A stretch of DNA of 32,674 nucleotides from Myxococcota bacterium (GCA_039187775.1 JBCCZL010000024.1:1-32674), one strand, 5' to 3'. Shown: positions 22,794-30,742, counted from the first letter of the stretch. Translations and numbers: made by a program. The notes: a model not told the origin generated them from the letters alone.

Positions 22794-24920
22794 CTATTCG
22801 AGGCCGAGGTGTTTGGCCTGGTCGGCGAGGGCTTGGAGTTTGCCCTTGGTGGTCTCGTCGGCGCCGCTCATCAGCTTCGCAAGGATCGCGCTGACGCTGA
22901 GATTGCGGACCGTCTCCGAACTGATCGCCGGGCGAGACAGCACCTCGACCACATCGGCAGGAAGGGACTTGTCGCCGTTGAGGTACTCGGCGAGGAGCGT
23001 TTGCACGGTGTCGCTGTTGTGCACCATGCCGTCGGCGGACTGTCCGAGCGACACTGCGTTGACGAACCGGTCGAAGAACTCGCCGTCGCCGCCCACGATG
23101 TTGATCTTCGCGTTGGTCATCGCCTGGCTCATCACCTTGGCCTGATGCTCGGCGATCTCGGTGCGCGCATCGATGTGGCGGAGGTCGACTTCCTTTTCCT
23201 TCTCGAGACGGATCCGGAACTCTTCGTGTTCGCGGCCGACCCCATCGAGGGCCTTCATCGCGTTGGCCTTTTCGGCAAGGCCTGCCGCTTCGGCGCTGAG
23301 CTTCTTTTCGATGGCGAGCGCTTCGGCGAGGCCGGTCTGCTCGATGGCTTTCGCGTGCGCCTCTTTGATACGCGCTTCGGCCAACCCCTGGGCCTCCTGG
23401 CCGGTGGCCTCCGCGTTCATCTTCTCGCGGACCACCGCGGCGGTGGCGAGGCCTTCCTTTTCAGTGATCGCCGCGGCCGCATCGCGCACCCGGACCTCGG
23501 CGAGGCCCTCTTTTTCGATGGCGGCGGCATTCGCTTCCTTCACCCGGACCTGAGCGAGGCCCTGGGCGGCGGCTTCGGCCTGGGTCCCTTCGGCGAGGCG
23601 CATCTTCGCGCGCGCTTCTTTGTCGGACGCTTCGAGGTCGGCCTCGGCGATGGTGAGCGTTTCTTTGGCCTTGAGCCGCGAGACCTGCTCCTGCGCTTCC
23701 GCGGCCTTCACCGTCTTGAGCAGTTCCTCTTCCGCCTTCGCTTCGGCGGTGATGACGGTGGCTTCTTTCTTTCGCTTCGCGTCGGCCACGAGCCGGAGGT
23801 CTTTGATGCGCTCTTCTTCTTCGGCCACGGTCTTGTCGACGGCCACCCGGGAGCGAACGACGTCGGCGATCTCTTTCTTCTGGACCTCGACCTCCTTGTT
23901 CTTGGAGATCGTCTGGAGTTCGGTTTCCCGGTGTCGAGAAATCTCTTCGAGGGCGCGCGCTTTTTCGACCCGCTCGGTTTCGACGCCGATTTCGCGCTCT
24001 CGGTTTTTCTGGGCGACGGCGATGCCGCGCTGCTTCGCTTCGTCGGCGACGGCGATCTCTTCTTCGTGCTTCTGCCGAAGCATCATGGTGCGCTTGTGCT
24101 CTTCGTCCCGGACCCGGATCGCCTCGTTTTCTTCGCGGGCCTGCGCGCTCACGATCTCTTTGTTCTTCTTGGCTTCCGCTTCGGCGCGGCGCTGGTCGAA
24201 CTGAAAGATCGCTTCGTCGGCGGTGAGGTTTTGGCTGCCGATCTCCATGCGCTCTTTCTGGCGAAGCTCGTTGGTATGGACGTTCTGCGCCGCGGTGATC
24301 TCGGTGATCTTTCGAATGCCCTGGGAGTCGAGGATGTTCTGCGCGTCGAGTTTTTCGACCGGGGTCTGTTCGAGGTAGTCGATCGCGGCGTCGTTGAGGG
24401 TGTAACCGTCGAGATCATCTCCGATGACGCCGACGATGTTCTTCCGGAACTCGGATCGCTTGGTGTAGAGATCGGCAAAGTCAAACTGCTTGCCGACCGT
24501 CTTGAGGGCCTCTGAGAACTTGGCGCTAAACAGGTTGTCGATGGTTTGGGGGTCGGAGGCACGCTGGCAGCCGATAAGTCGGGCGACCTTGAGTACGTCT
24601 TCGGGCTCCTTGTTGACCTGGACAAAGAACGTGACGCGGATGTCAGCGCGAATGTTGTCTCGGCAAATGAGTCCGTCGGTGCCTCGGCGGTCGATGTCGA
24701 TCGTCTTGACCGAGATGTCCATGATCTCCGCGCGATGAACGATCGGAAAGACGACGGTTCCCGTGAAGGTCGTTTCGATCTTGCCGCGCATTTTGTTGAC
24801 GATGAGCGCTCGGCCCTGATCCACCTTGCGGTAGAAGCGTGCGAGCATCGCGAGGATGCCCATCAGGACAACGACGACGAAGCCGACTCCGACGAGGACA
24901 GGTAAAATATCTTCCAGCAT
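22794..24920 (-). CDS. flotillin-family SPFH (band 7) protein, YqiK/FloT-like
   Basis: 708 aa. It has an N-terminal TM (LPVLVGVGFVVVVLMGILAMLA) and an SPFH domain. A long EA-rich flotillin-type coiled-coil region (EAEAKKNKEIVSAQAREENEAIR..., AEAKAEEELLKTVKAAEAQEQ...) and a C-terminal tail follow. Confidence 0.85.
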   Translation of the reverse strand: MLEDILPVLVGVGFVVVVLMGILAMLARFYRKVDQGRALIVNKMRGKIETTFTGTVVFPIVHRAEIMDISVKTIDIDRRGTDGLICRDNIRADIRVTFFVQVNKEPEDVLKVARLIGCQRASDPQTIDNLFSAKFSEALKTVGKQFDFADLYTKRSEFRKNIVGVIGDDLDGYTLNDAAIDYLEQTPVEKLDAQNILDSQGIRKITEITAAQNVHTNELRQKERMEIGSQNLTADEAIFQFDQRRAEAEAKKNKEIVSAQAREENEAIRVRDEEHKRTMMLRQKHEEEIAVADEAKQRGIAVAQKNREREIGVETERVEKARALEEISRHRETELQTISKNKEVEVQKKEIADVVRSRVAVDKTVAEEEERIKDLRLVADAKRKKEATVITAEAKAEEELLKTVKAAEAQEQVSRLKAKETLTIAEADLEASDKEARAKMRLAEGTQAEAAAQGLAQVRVKEANAAAIEKEGLAEVRVRDAAAAITEKEGLATAAVVREKMNAEATGQEAQGLAEARIKEAHAKAIEQTGLAEALAIEKKLSAEAAGLAEKANAMKALDGVGREHEEFRIRLEKEKEVDLRHIDARTEIAEHQAKVMSQAMTNAKINIVGGDGEFFDRFVNAVSLGQSADGMVHNSDTVQTLLAEYLNGDKSLPADVVEVLSRPAISSETVRNLSVSAILAKLMSGADETTKGKLQALADQAKHLGLE

Positions 24921-25051
24921 GGCCCACTCCCGCGCGCGAGGTGGCCGTCAAGGCCCCCTCCAAAATCGCCGCCTGATCTACACGATCGCAGAGGGGGTGT
25001 CACCGCCGATGCCGATGAACTCGCGAAGGGCGCGCCGCGGGGAACCCTGAA

Positions 25052-25849
25052 TTACTTGGACTTCTCGTGGAGGATCGAGTCCATCGCTTCGACCTCGAAG
25101 GTGTCGCTCGCTTCGTCGTAGTCCACGAGGAGCACCCGCGCGTTGGGGTCGAGGGCGGAGTCCGCGCGGACCCGGAGAAGGCTGCCCGAACCGTCGTCCA
25201 GCGTGGCCTGGCCTTTTTCTCCGGGGTCGGCGTGCACCCGGACTCGGGCGACCTTTCCAACGAGAGTTCGCTTGCTTGGCGCTTTGTTCGAGACGAAGAG
25301 CTTGCCGATCGGCCGGCTGGTGAGGGACGCGAGAGGAAGGGCTACGAACAGGGAGGCGAAAAGGACGGTGAGTTGGCCGGCGATATCCGGTCCGGGAATG
25401 AGCGGGGCGGCGAACTTCGCCGCGTAGTAACAAACCAGCCAGCCAAACAGGAACAGCAAGCTGAGCGAGATGGTGATCGGGGCCTTTCGCAGACTGAACA
25501 CGCCTAGAAGCGCGGCGAGGGCCCCTTCGCCGCCGCCCGCGCCGCCGCCGCCGCCGTCCCCTGCCTCGCCGACGTCGGCCGCACCGGTGAGGTCGTCGCC
25601 AACATCTCCGTCCCCGAAGTCTCCCTCCCCAAGGTCGATGTCTGCGTCGCCCATGCCCGCATCGCCCGCGCCCGCGTCGCCCACGCCGGCATCTCCCACG
25701 TCCGCGTCGGCTCCGAGGTCGAGATCGAGCGCGCCGAGCATGACAAAGAGCCAATACATCAGCGACAGGAGGATCCCGGCGGTGAAGACCACCGTCGGAA
25801 AGCCAAACGCAATGGCGACAAACTCGTCCACGGGGCACCACCCTCGCAC
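25052..25849 (-). CDS. NfeD-like / YqiJ-like inner-membrane protein (OB-fold C-terminus) with an acidic Gly/Asp/Ala-rich low-complexity insert
   Basis: 265 aa with two TM segments, a GDAGVGDAGAGDAGMGDADIDLGEGDFGDGDVGDD linker and a C-terminal NfeD OB-fold-like region TLVGKVARVRVHADPGEKGQATLDDGSGSLLRVRADS...LLVDYDEASDTFEVE. It lies 131 nt upstream of flotillin, with a GGGAG SD-like sequence before the flotillin ATG. Confidence 0.75.
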   Translation of the reverse strand: MRGWCPVDEFVAIAFGFPTVVFTAGILLSLMYWLFVMLGALDLDLGADADVGDAGVGDAGAGDAGMGDADIDLGEGDFGDGDVGDDLTGAADVGEAGDGGGGGAGGGEGALAALLGVFSLRKAPITISLSLLFLFGWLVCYYAAKFAAPLIPGPDIAGQLTVLFASLFVALPLASLTSRPIGKLFVSNKAPSKRTLVGKVARVRVHADPGEKGQATLDDGSGSLLRVRADSALDPNARVLLVDYDEASDTFEVEAMDSILHEKSK

Positions 25850-25897
25850 GGCTTTCCAAGCAAAGGAACCCCGCTTGGCTTCGTGATCGCCGCGAGG

Positions 25898-26296
25898 CTA
25901 TTGGGGCAGGTTCTGTAACACCTGCTGGTGGTGATAGTGCGCTGCCGCTGCCCCCGTCGCCGCCTGTTGCCGTCGGGCGACCTCCGCAGCGTGCATTCCT
26001 TCCGGGGAGTCCGAGAACCATTGGTAGCCGACGCGGGTGTAGAGGCGTCGCTGGCCGGACCCGATGACGCCTACCTCCGATGGGTACCGTCCGAGGCGAC
26101 GGAGCAGCCTGTAGCGAAGCTCATGCTGAGGGCACTGAAGCTCGAAGGATGCGCGCGGCGCAATGCCTTCGACCGCGGCCGACCAGTACTGCGGGTATAC
26201 CTCGATGCCGCTGACGACGATCGGCCGTGCCCGCGCGCAACCGCAGCATAGCCACAGGCAAAGGCCCAACCACGCAAATCCCCACTTCCACGACAT
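25898..26296 (-). CDS. hypothetical lipoprotein (133 aa)
   Basis: Start chosen at ATG 26296 (MSWKWGFAWLGLCLWLCCGCARA), preceded by GAGGGG 8 nt upstream. The ORF as tracked (to 26575) would overlap the divergent ExbD-like gene. Confidence 0.5.
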   Translation of the reverse strand: MSWKWGFAWLGLCLWLCCGCARARPIVVSGIEVYPQYWSAAVEGIAPRASFELQCPQHELRYRLLRRLGRYPSEVGVIGSGQRRLYTRVGYQWFSDSPEGMHAAEVARRQQAATGAAAAHYHHQQVLQNLPQ

Positions 26297-26427
26297 CTTT
26301 CGCCCCTCGGTTTCCCAAGTGTAGAGGGATGTCGGCCGCGATTCGAGCAGTTCCCACGGGGCCGGCGGGAACACCGAGAGTCGTCGGGTGTCGAAGGGGC
26401 GTGGCGACGCCTCGACGGACGAAATCG

Positions 26428-27039
26428 ATGAGCCAGACAGAGCTTCGGCGATGGGTTCGGCGGCGGCGCCCGGAGCCTCCGCGTCGAACCGGACTCTTGC
26501 TTTACCCGATGATGGATGCGCTCTCGGTGCTTTTGGTCTGCCAGCTCGCCCAGGTGGGCTGGGCCGCGGGTCCAAAGGCCGCGTCGGCGATCGATCTTCC
26601 CTACGCGGCGTCCGCGTATGTGGCCGATGAACGAAGCCTGAGCGTCCTGATCGCGACCGATGGCGTGTATCTCTTCGACGGGCGTCCCACCGATCGGGGC
26701 TCCCGCCTCCTGTCGCTCCGGGACGGGCGGCTTTGCTGCAGTGAGCAGCTCCAGCATGGATGTCCTGTCGTCCTTCGGCTGAAGACGACGCTCCGAGACC
26801 GCCGTGAGGAAGAGCGGGATCGTGGCCTCCCCGAAACCCGCCGAGTTCAGATCGTTGCCGATCGGGAGGTGCCCTTCGAGACGATCGACTCGGTGTTGCG
26901 CACGCTCGCGATGACTGGCTACGACCAAGTGGTGTTCGCAGTCTTCAAACGAGGCGGACTCAAACGAGGCGGAGTCCAAACAACGGTGAGCTCAGGCGCT
27001 GTGACTCCCGGTGCAACACAGACAGAAGAGACCCCATAG
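26428..27039 (+). CDS. ExbD/TolR-family biopolymer transport protein with C-terminal extension
   Basis: A short basic N-terminus is followed by the TM PMMDALSVLLVCQLA. The periplasmic domain is LSVLIATDGVYLFDGRPT...RVQIVADREVPFETIDSVLRTLAMTGYDQVVFAV, matching the ExbD/TolR fold pattern. Start taken at ATG 26428. No ExbB or TonB gene is in the window. Confidence 0.6.
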   Translation: MSQTELRRWVRRRRPEPPRRTGLLLYPMMDALSVLLVCQLAQVGWAAGPKAASAIDLPYAASAYVADERSLSVLIATDGVYLFDGRPTDRGSRLLSLRDGRLCCSEQLQHGCPVVLRLKTTLRDRREEERDRGLPETRRVQIVADREVPFETIDSVLRTLAMTGYDQVVFAVFKRGGLKRGGVQTTVSSGAVTPGATQTEETP

Positions 27040-27056
27040 GAGGTCCTGAGCGTGCG

Positions 27057-27899
27057 CTAAAACCGATAGCTCAGACCGACGCTTAGCTCGGGGGTAAAGC
27101 CGTAGCTCTCGATCGCGTCTTCGGTTTCTCGTTCGACCTGTGCGGCGAGCTCGTCGTTTTCGAGCTCGACGTTCACATCCGCCGAAACCGTGTGGGTCCA
27201 GCCGACGGCGAGGCGAAGTCCAAGATGGTCGCCGAGCGCGATTCGCCAACCGATCTGTGCGCTCACCGCGTGAAGACGAACCGAAATCGGAACTGCCGCA
27301 AGCCCAAGGTTGGGGGCGCCGGGGACAAAGGCCTCTGCAAAGGTGTTCGGGTCGATGTCGCTTCCCCCGCCGATCAGGGTGTAGCCGCCGCCGATTTCAA
27401 AGCCGCCGCCGAGCGAGAGTCCCACCATCCACCGGACGTTCCAAAACCCGCTGTCGGTCAGCTCGTTGACGATCGGGTCGTAGTCATCCGGGATCGCGCC
27501 AGTGTCGCCGAGAACGCCGGTCACCACGCCGACGAAGGAGCTCGGGACATAGCCGACCCCGAAGCGCCCGAACAACGCAAACGGAGTGGTGAGCTGTGCT
27601 TCCAGCGAGGGTCCCAGCGGAACGGAAAGACGCGCGCCGAGTTCGAAGTCCCAACCGGAGCCGGAAGAAGACGACGAAGCCGCGGGCGCGGAGGACGATA
27701 TGGCGGAGGACGATGTGGCGGAGGACGATGTGGCGGAGGACGATGTGGCGGAGGACGATGTGGCGGATGAAGCCGCTGGTGCGGAGAGCTCACCGCCGGC
27801 TTCGGAGGTTTGCGCCTGCACTTCGCGGGCCGAGATTGATGACCCCATCGAAACGCACAGAGCGAAACAAACAAACGCGAACGTTTTCCGAGTTGTCAA
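27057..27899 (-). CDS. outer-membrane beta-barrel protein with Ser/Ala/Thr tandem repeat
   Basis: It ends ...ELSVGLSYRF with a C-terminal Phe, the OMP signature, and has alternating Gly/aromatic beta-strand patterns. The putative signal is MTTRKTFAFVCFALCVSMGSSISA from TTG 27899 (the ORF extends to 28001). The (SSSAT)5 repeat is encoded by 15-bp tandem repeats. Confidence 0.6.
   Translation of the reverse strand: MTTRKTFAFVCFALCVSMGSSISAREVQAQTSEAGGELSAPAASSATSSSATSSSATSSSATSSSAISSSAPAASSSSSGSGWDFELGARLSVPLGPSLEAQLTTPFALFGRFGVGYVPSSFVGVVTGVLGDTGAIPDDYDPIVNELTDSGFWNVRWMVGLSLGGGFEIGGGYTLIGGGSDIDPNTFAEAFVPGAPNLGLAAVPISVRLHAVSAQIGWRIALGDHLGLRLAVGWTHTVSADVNVELENDELAAQVERETEDAIESYGFTPELSVGLSYRF
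27688..27768. repeat. 15-bp tandem repeat (GCGGAGGACGATGTG) x5, in-frame within the OMP gene
   Basis: There are five near-perfect tandem copies. The first is the variant ...GATATG, followed by a degenerate copy. They encode SSSAT units on the minus strand. Confidence 0.8.
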
Positions 27900-28047
27900 C
27901 GGAACCCTGCCTTTCAGCACAGAAACCGATTCGGCCACTTTTCTACCGCCGCCGATAACGAGTCTGTAGGGTGAGTTGCCTCTCACCGGCAGGGGGTTCA
28001 TCTATTTTTTGCTAACCCCGTCGAAGCAGGAGCTCTAGTGTGGTCAC

Positions 28048-28356
28048 GTGGGCGCGGAGGCCAACATCTCCCTCGCGGAGCAAGATGCACTCGCGCGCCA
28101 GGCCGCCGAAGGGAGCGACGCCGCGCGGGACGCGTTGATCGACGCGCACCGCGATTGGATTCGCGGGTTCGCGAAGCAGAGGATCGACGACGATCGGCTT
28201 ACCCCAGCCGTCGAATACGTGATCGATGCACTGCGGCGCGCCTATGCCGACCCGGAGGTCGGCTTCGACTACCGACGGGGCTACCGGTTCGGTTCGTGGT
28301 GTCCGTACTTTGTCCGACGCGCCCTCGATGAGTTTCGCGGAGACCGCTCGGAATAG
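28048..28356 (+). CDS. sigma-70 region-2-only mini-protein (102 aa)
   Basis: GTG start. ...AVEYVIDALRRAYADPEVGFDYRRGYRFGSWCPYFVRRALDEF resembles sigma region 2.1-2.2 (xxFDPxxGxRFSTYAxxWIRQAI). There is no region 4. The next ORF is in another frame with an unrelated secreted product. Confidence 0.45.
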   Translation: MGAEANISLAEQDALARQAAEGSDAARDALIDAHRDWIRGFAKQRIDDDRLTPAVEYVIDALRRAYADPEVGFDYRRGYRFGSWCPYFVRRALDEFRGDRSE

Positions 28357-28415
28357 TGTTGCAACGCGACTCCGCCTTGCCGAAGGCGAAGCGACGTCGC
28401 AGACTCCGCGCCGCC

Positions 28416-29132
28416 ATGCGCTGTCTATCCCATCGTCGGATTTGGCCGTTTGTTGTCGCGGCAGCACTCGTGTCGTTCAGCCCGTCGTTCAGCGCGGCCC
28501 AGGACGCGGAGTTTCAGATCTGGAACGCGATCGCGGCGACCGCTCGCGTCGCGCCGGTCGAGCCCACACCGATGCTGTGGCTCGACACTCATGCACGCCG
28601 CGGAAACGGAGGCACCGTCCTGATTTTCCGACCGGCGGTCGGCCTTGCGATTGCCGATTGGTTGAGCGTGTGGGCGGGGTATGCCTGGGTTCCGGTGTTC
28701 TCGGACCAGAGCGCGGATCCTGTCCATGAGCATCGCGCATGGCAGCAGGTCATTCTAAAACACACCACGAGTTTTCGGCTGTCGTTTCAGTCCCGCACGC
28801 GCTTCGAACAGAGATTTAGTGAAGCGGGAGACGATGTGGGGTTTCGGCTCCGCGAGTTTGTTCGGGTGTCGTATCAGCCCACCGACAGCTTTCCGATGGG
28901 CGTGGTGGTTTGGGACGAGCTCTTTATTGGGCTGAACGACACCGACTGGGGGGCCCCGGGTGGGGTCGACCAGAACCGAATTTTCGTGGGACCGTTTCTC
29001 AAGCTTGCCCCGTTTGCGCGCCTGGAGATGGGGTATCTCGCGGCCTACATCGATCGAGAGACCGACACGTTGGCCCACGTGCTTGCGATCAACCTCTTTA
29101 TTTCGGGAGGGCCGCGCTCTCCCGCGCCTTAG
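28416..29132 (+). CDS. hypothetical secreted protein (possible beta-rich / DUF2490-like)
   Basis: Start chosen at ATG 28416 (MRCLSHRRIWPFVVAAALVSFSPSFSAAQD, a signal peptide). It is W/F/Y-rich with alternating polar/hydrophobic stretches. The family assignment is tentative. Confidence 0.55.
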   Translation: MRCLSHRRIWPFVVAAALVSFSPSFSAAQDAEFQIWNAIAATARVAPVEPTPMLWLDTHARRGNGGTVLIFRPAVGLAIADWLSVWAGYAWVPVFSDQSADPVHEHRAWQQVILKHTTSFRLSFQSRTRFEQRFSEAGDDVGFRLREFVRVSYQPTDSFPMGVVVWDELFIGLNDTDWGAPGGVDQNRIFVGPFLKLAPFARLEMGYLAAYIDRETDTLAHVLAINLFISGGPRSPAP

Positions 29133-29170
29133 CGCTCGACGTCGGTCAACCAGCTGGCTACACCCGCCGA

Positions 29171-30220
29171 ATGCGGGTTCCCAAGGCCTTCTTCGAGCTG
29201 GCCTACGAGTTCGATCGAAGCCTTCGCCGTGCCCGGGCCACCGTCCAGCAGCAGTTCGGAGTTCGCCCGCCGCTCCGGATCGTTCCCTATCGAGGCTACG
29301 GCACTCGATCGCGCCTTCGGGTGCGCGCCCGGGTCCTTCTCGACCGAGGTGAACTTCCGCCCGAACTCGAGCGGGGAATGGTCGACGGGATTCGGGCGAC
29401 GGTGCAGCGCTTTCGAACCGAGCAGATCGCGCACTGCCCCCTGACCGTGCGGTGGGAAACGAAGACGGTGCATGCGCAGACCGATGAGGAGGGGTTTCTC
29501 GACGAGCTTCTCGCGCTTGAACCCCCGGAGGAAGCGGGCTGGCGGTCGGTCGAGCTCTCGCTTCGTGAAGACGATGGTGAGGAGACTCGAGCCCTTTGCC
29601 GGGTGGTGGACCGGTCACCCCGGATGATCATCACGGACATCGACGACACCTTGATCGACAGCCACATCACGAACCGGCTTCGACGGGCCGAGGCGATGTT
29701 TCTCGGCGAAGTGCGCCGGCGTCGCCCCTTTCCGGAAACGGCCGAGCTTCTGCAGGCGCTGGCTCGGGGTGCCGAGGAGCCGAACCCCGTGTTCTACGTG
29801 TCGAGCAGTCCTTGGAATCTTCACGACCATCTCGACCACTTTCTTTCGGTCCACGACTTTCCCCTCGGGCCGATCCTTCTCCGCGACTGGGGGCTCCATC
29901 GCGATGGCTTCGCCCCGGATGGGCGCCATGGGCACAAGCGCGAGAAGATCGAAACGATCCTCGCGGATCTCCCAGCTCAGCGGGCGATCTTGATCGGCGA
30001 CAGCGGGCAGCGCGACGCGGAGAACTATCGCGATCTGGTCTGGTCCCAGCCCGAGCGAATCGCGGGGGTGATGATTCGTCGCGTGGCGATGCGCCCCGGG
30101 CGGGTGCACCGTTACGCGTCGTGGACAGACGAGCTTCGGGCGACCGGCATTCCGTTCCTGGAGTTCACCCACAGTCGCGAGGCGTTCGAGTTTGCCCGCC
30201 GCAATGGCTGGGTTCCATGA
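29171..30220 (+). CDS. App1-like / DUF2183 (HAD-type DxDxT) phosphatase, putative phosphatidate phosphatase
   Basis: Start at ATG 29171 (MRVPKAFFELAYEF). IITDIDDTLIDSHI (the DxDxT catalytic motif) and FYVSSSPWNLHDHL (S-x-SPW) match the App1 catalytic-domain pattern. The long ORF from 28910 overlaps the previous gene and is not needed. Confidence 0.7.
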   Translation: MRVPKAFFELAYEFDRSLRRARATVQQQFGVRPPLRIVPYRGYGTRSRLRVRARVLLDRGELPPELERGMVDGIRATVQRFRTEQIAHCPLTVRWETKTVHAQTDEEGFLDELLALEPPEEAGWRSVELSLREDDGEETRALCRVVDRSPRMIITDIDDTLIDSHITNRLRRAEAMFLGEVRRRRPFPETAELLQALARGAEEPNPVFYVSSSPWNLHDHLDHFLSVHDFPLGPILLRDWGLHRDGFAPDGRHGHKREKIETILADLPAQRAILIGDSGQRDAENYRDLVWSQPERIAGVMIRRVAMRPGRVHRYASWTDELRATGIPFLEFTHSREAFEFARRNGWVP

Positions 30221-30282
30221 TCGCGCCGCACCTCGAACCTCCGAAGGCGCTGAAGAGTGCTCGCCGTTCCGAGGTTCACAAG

Positions 30283-30352
30283 GGCGGTTGAGTGATTTCA
30301 GGCGGTTGGCGATCGTGGTGGGGCAAGAAATTACCTCGTCCCCGTTTGTTGC
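30283..30352. repeat. palindromic repeat unit (inverted copy of the MITE terminal unit)
   Basis: GAGTGATTTCAGGCGGTTGGCGATCGTGGTGGGGCAAGAAATTACCTCGTCCCCGTTTGTTGC matches 32/35 to the reverse complement of the 10432 unit, plus an extended match (GAGTGATTYCAGG..TTGGCGATCGTGGTG) to the 10564-10634 arm. It contains the hairpin GCAAGAAA-N14-TTTGTTGC. Confidence 0.6.
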
Positions 30353-30358
30353 TTTTTT
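30323..30358 (+). terminator. candidate intrinsic terminator formed by the repeat hairpin plus a T6 tract, downstream of the App1-like gene
   Basis: GCAAGAAA ttacctcgtccccg TTTGTTGC TTTTTT: an 8-bp (7/8 paired, AU-rich) stem, a 14-nt loop and T6. The stem is weak for a GC-rich genome. Confidence 0.3.
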
Positions 30359-30442
30359 GACGGGTTGGCTTGGTTCGTAGTACCGCGGAGTTGGCGGGCG
30401 GCTTGTTAACGACTCTGGCCGTCGAGCTTGGGGGGCCTTGAT

Positions 30443-30448
30443 AAGGAG
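30443..30448 (+). promoter_or_regulatory. strong Shine-Dalgarno (AAGGAG) 5 nt upstream of ATG 30454
   Basis: ataAGGAGtgcgtATGATG. A consensus RBS of this quality is rare in this window. Confidence 0.6.
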
Positions 30449-30453
30449 TGCGT

Positions 30454-30723
30454 ATGATGCCCATTGAGTGGTTGCGGGGGCTTGTCGAGCGGGAAGCGGG
30501 CTACGAGGAGCTCGTCGAGCGAAGCGGCAGTCTGTCGGTGGCGGCACATCGCGTCGCGTCGGCTCGGTGTCAGACATGGTCGACTCCCACCGTCGTTCCA
30601 ACCGGTGCGGAGCTCCGGGCAGCGGCGCTCGAGATTGTTCGACGAGTCGACCTCCCCACGTCGGTTCCCACCGTCCAAGCGCTCCGCTCCGACTGCGAAG
30701 CCCGCGGCCTCCTCGTGCTCTAA
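30454..30723 (+). CDS. small hypothetical protein (89 aa) enclosed by inverted repeat units
   Basis: MMPIEWLRGLVEREAGYEELVERSGSLSVAAHRVASARCQTWS... It has a consensus RBS and GC-rich third positions, with no recognisable motif. It is flanked by an inverted unit at 30283-30352 and direct units at 30743-30870. Confidence 0.5.
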   Translation: MMPIEWLRGLVEREAGYEELVERSGSLSVAAHRVASARCQTWSTPTVVPTGAELRAAALEIVRRVDLPTSVPTVQALRSDCEARGLLVL

Positions 30724-30742
30724 CCCATCGACCCGCCACAAA

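Noticed and set aside
22809-24515. 568-aa + strand ORF opposite the flotillin gene, and 23161..24204 Ser/Ala-rich frames
   Set aside because: Antisense to a gene with clear SPFH/flotillin features; the translation is low-complexity (GLF-rich). Shadow ORF.
24978-26021. 347-aa minus-strand Arg/Gly/Pro-rich ORF overlapping the NfeD-like gene
   Set aside because: Alternative frame of the NfeD/YqiJ-like gene. Extreme Arg/Gly content and no motifs. The NfeD frame has TM and OB-fold features.
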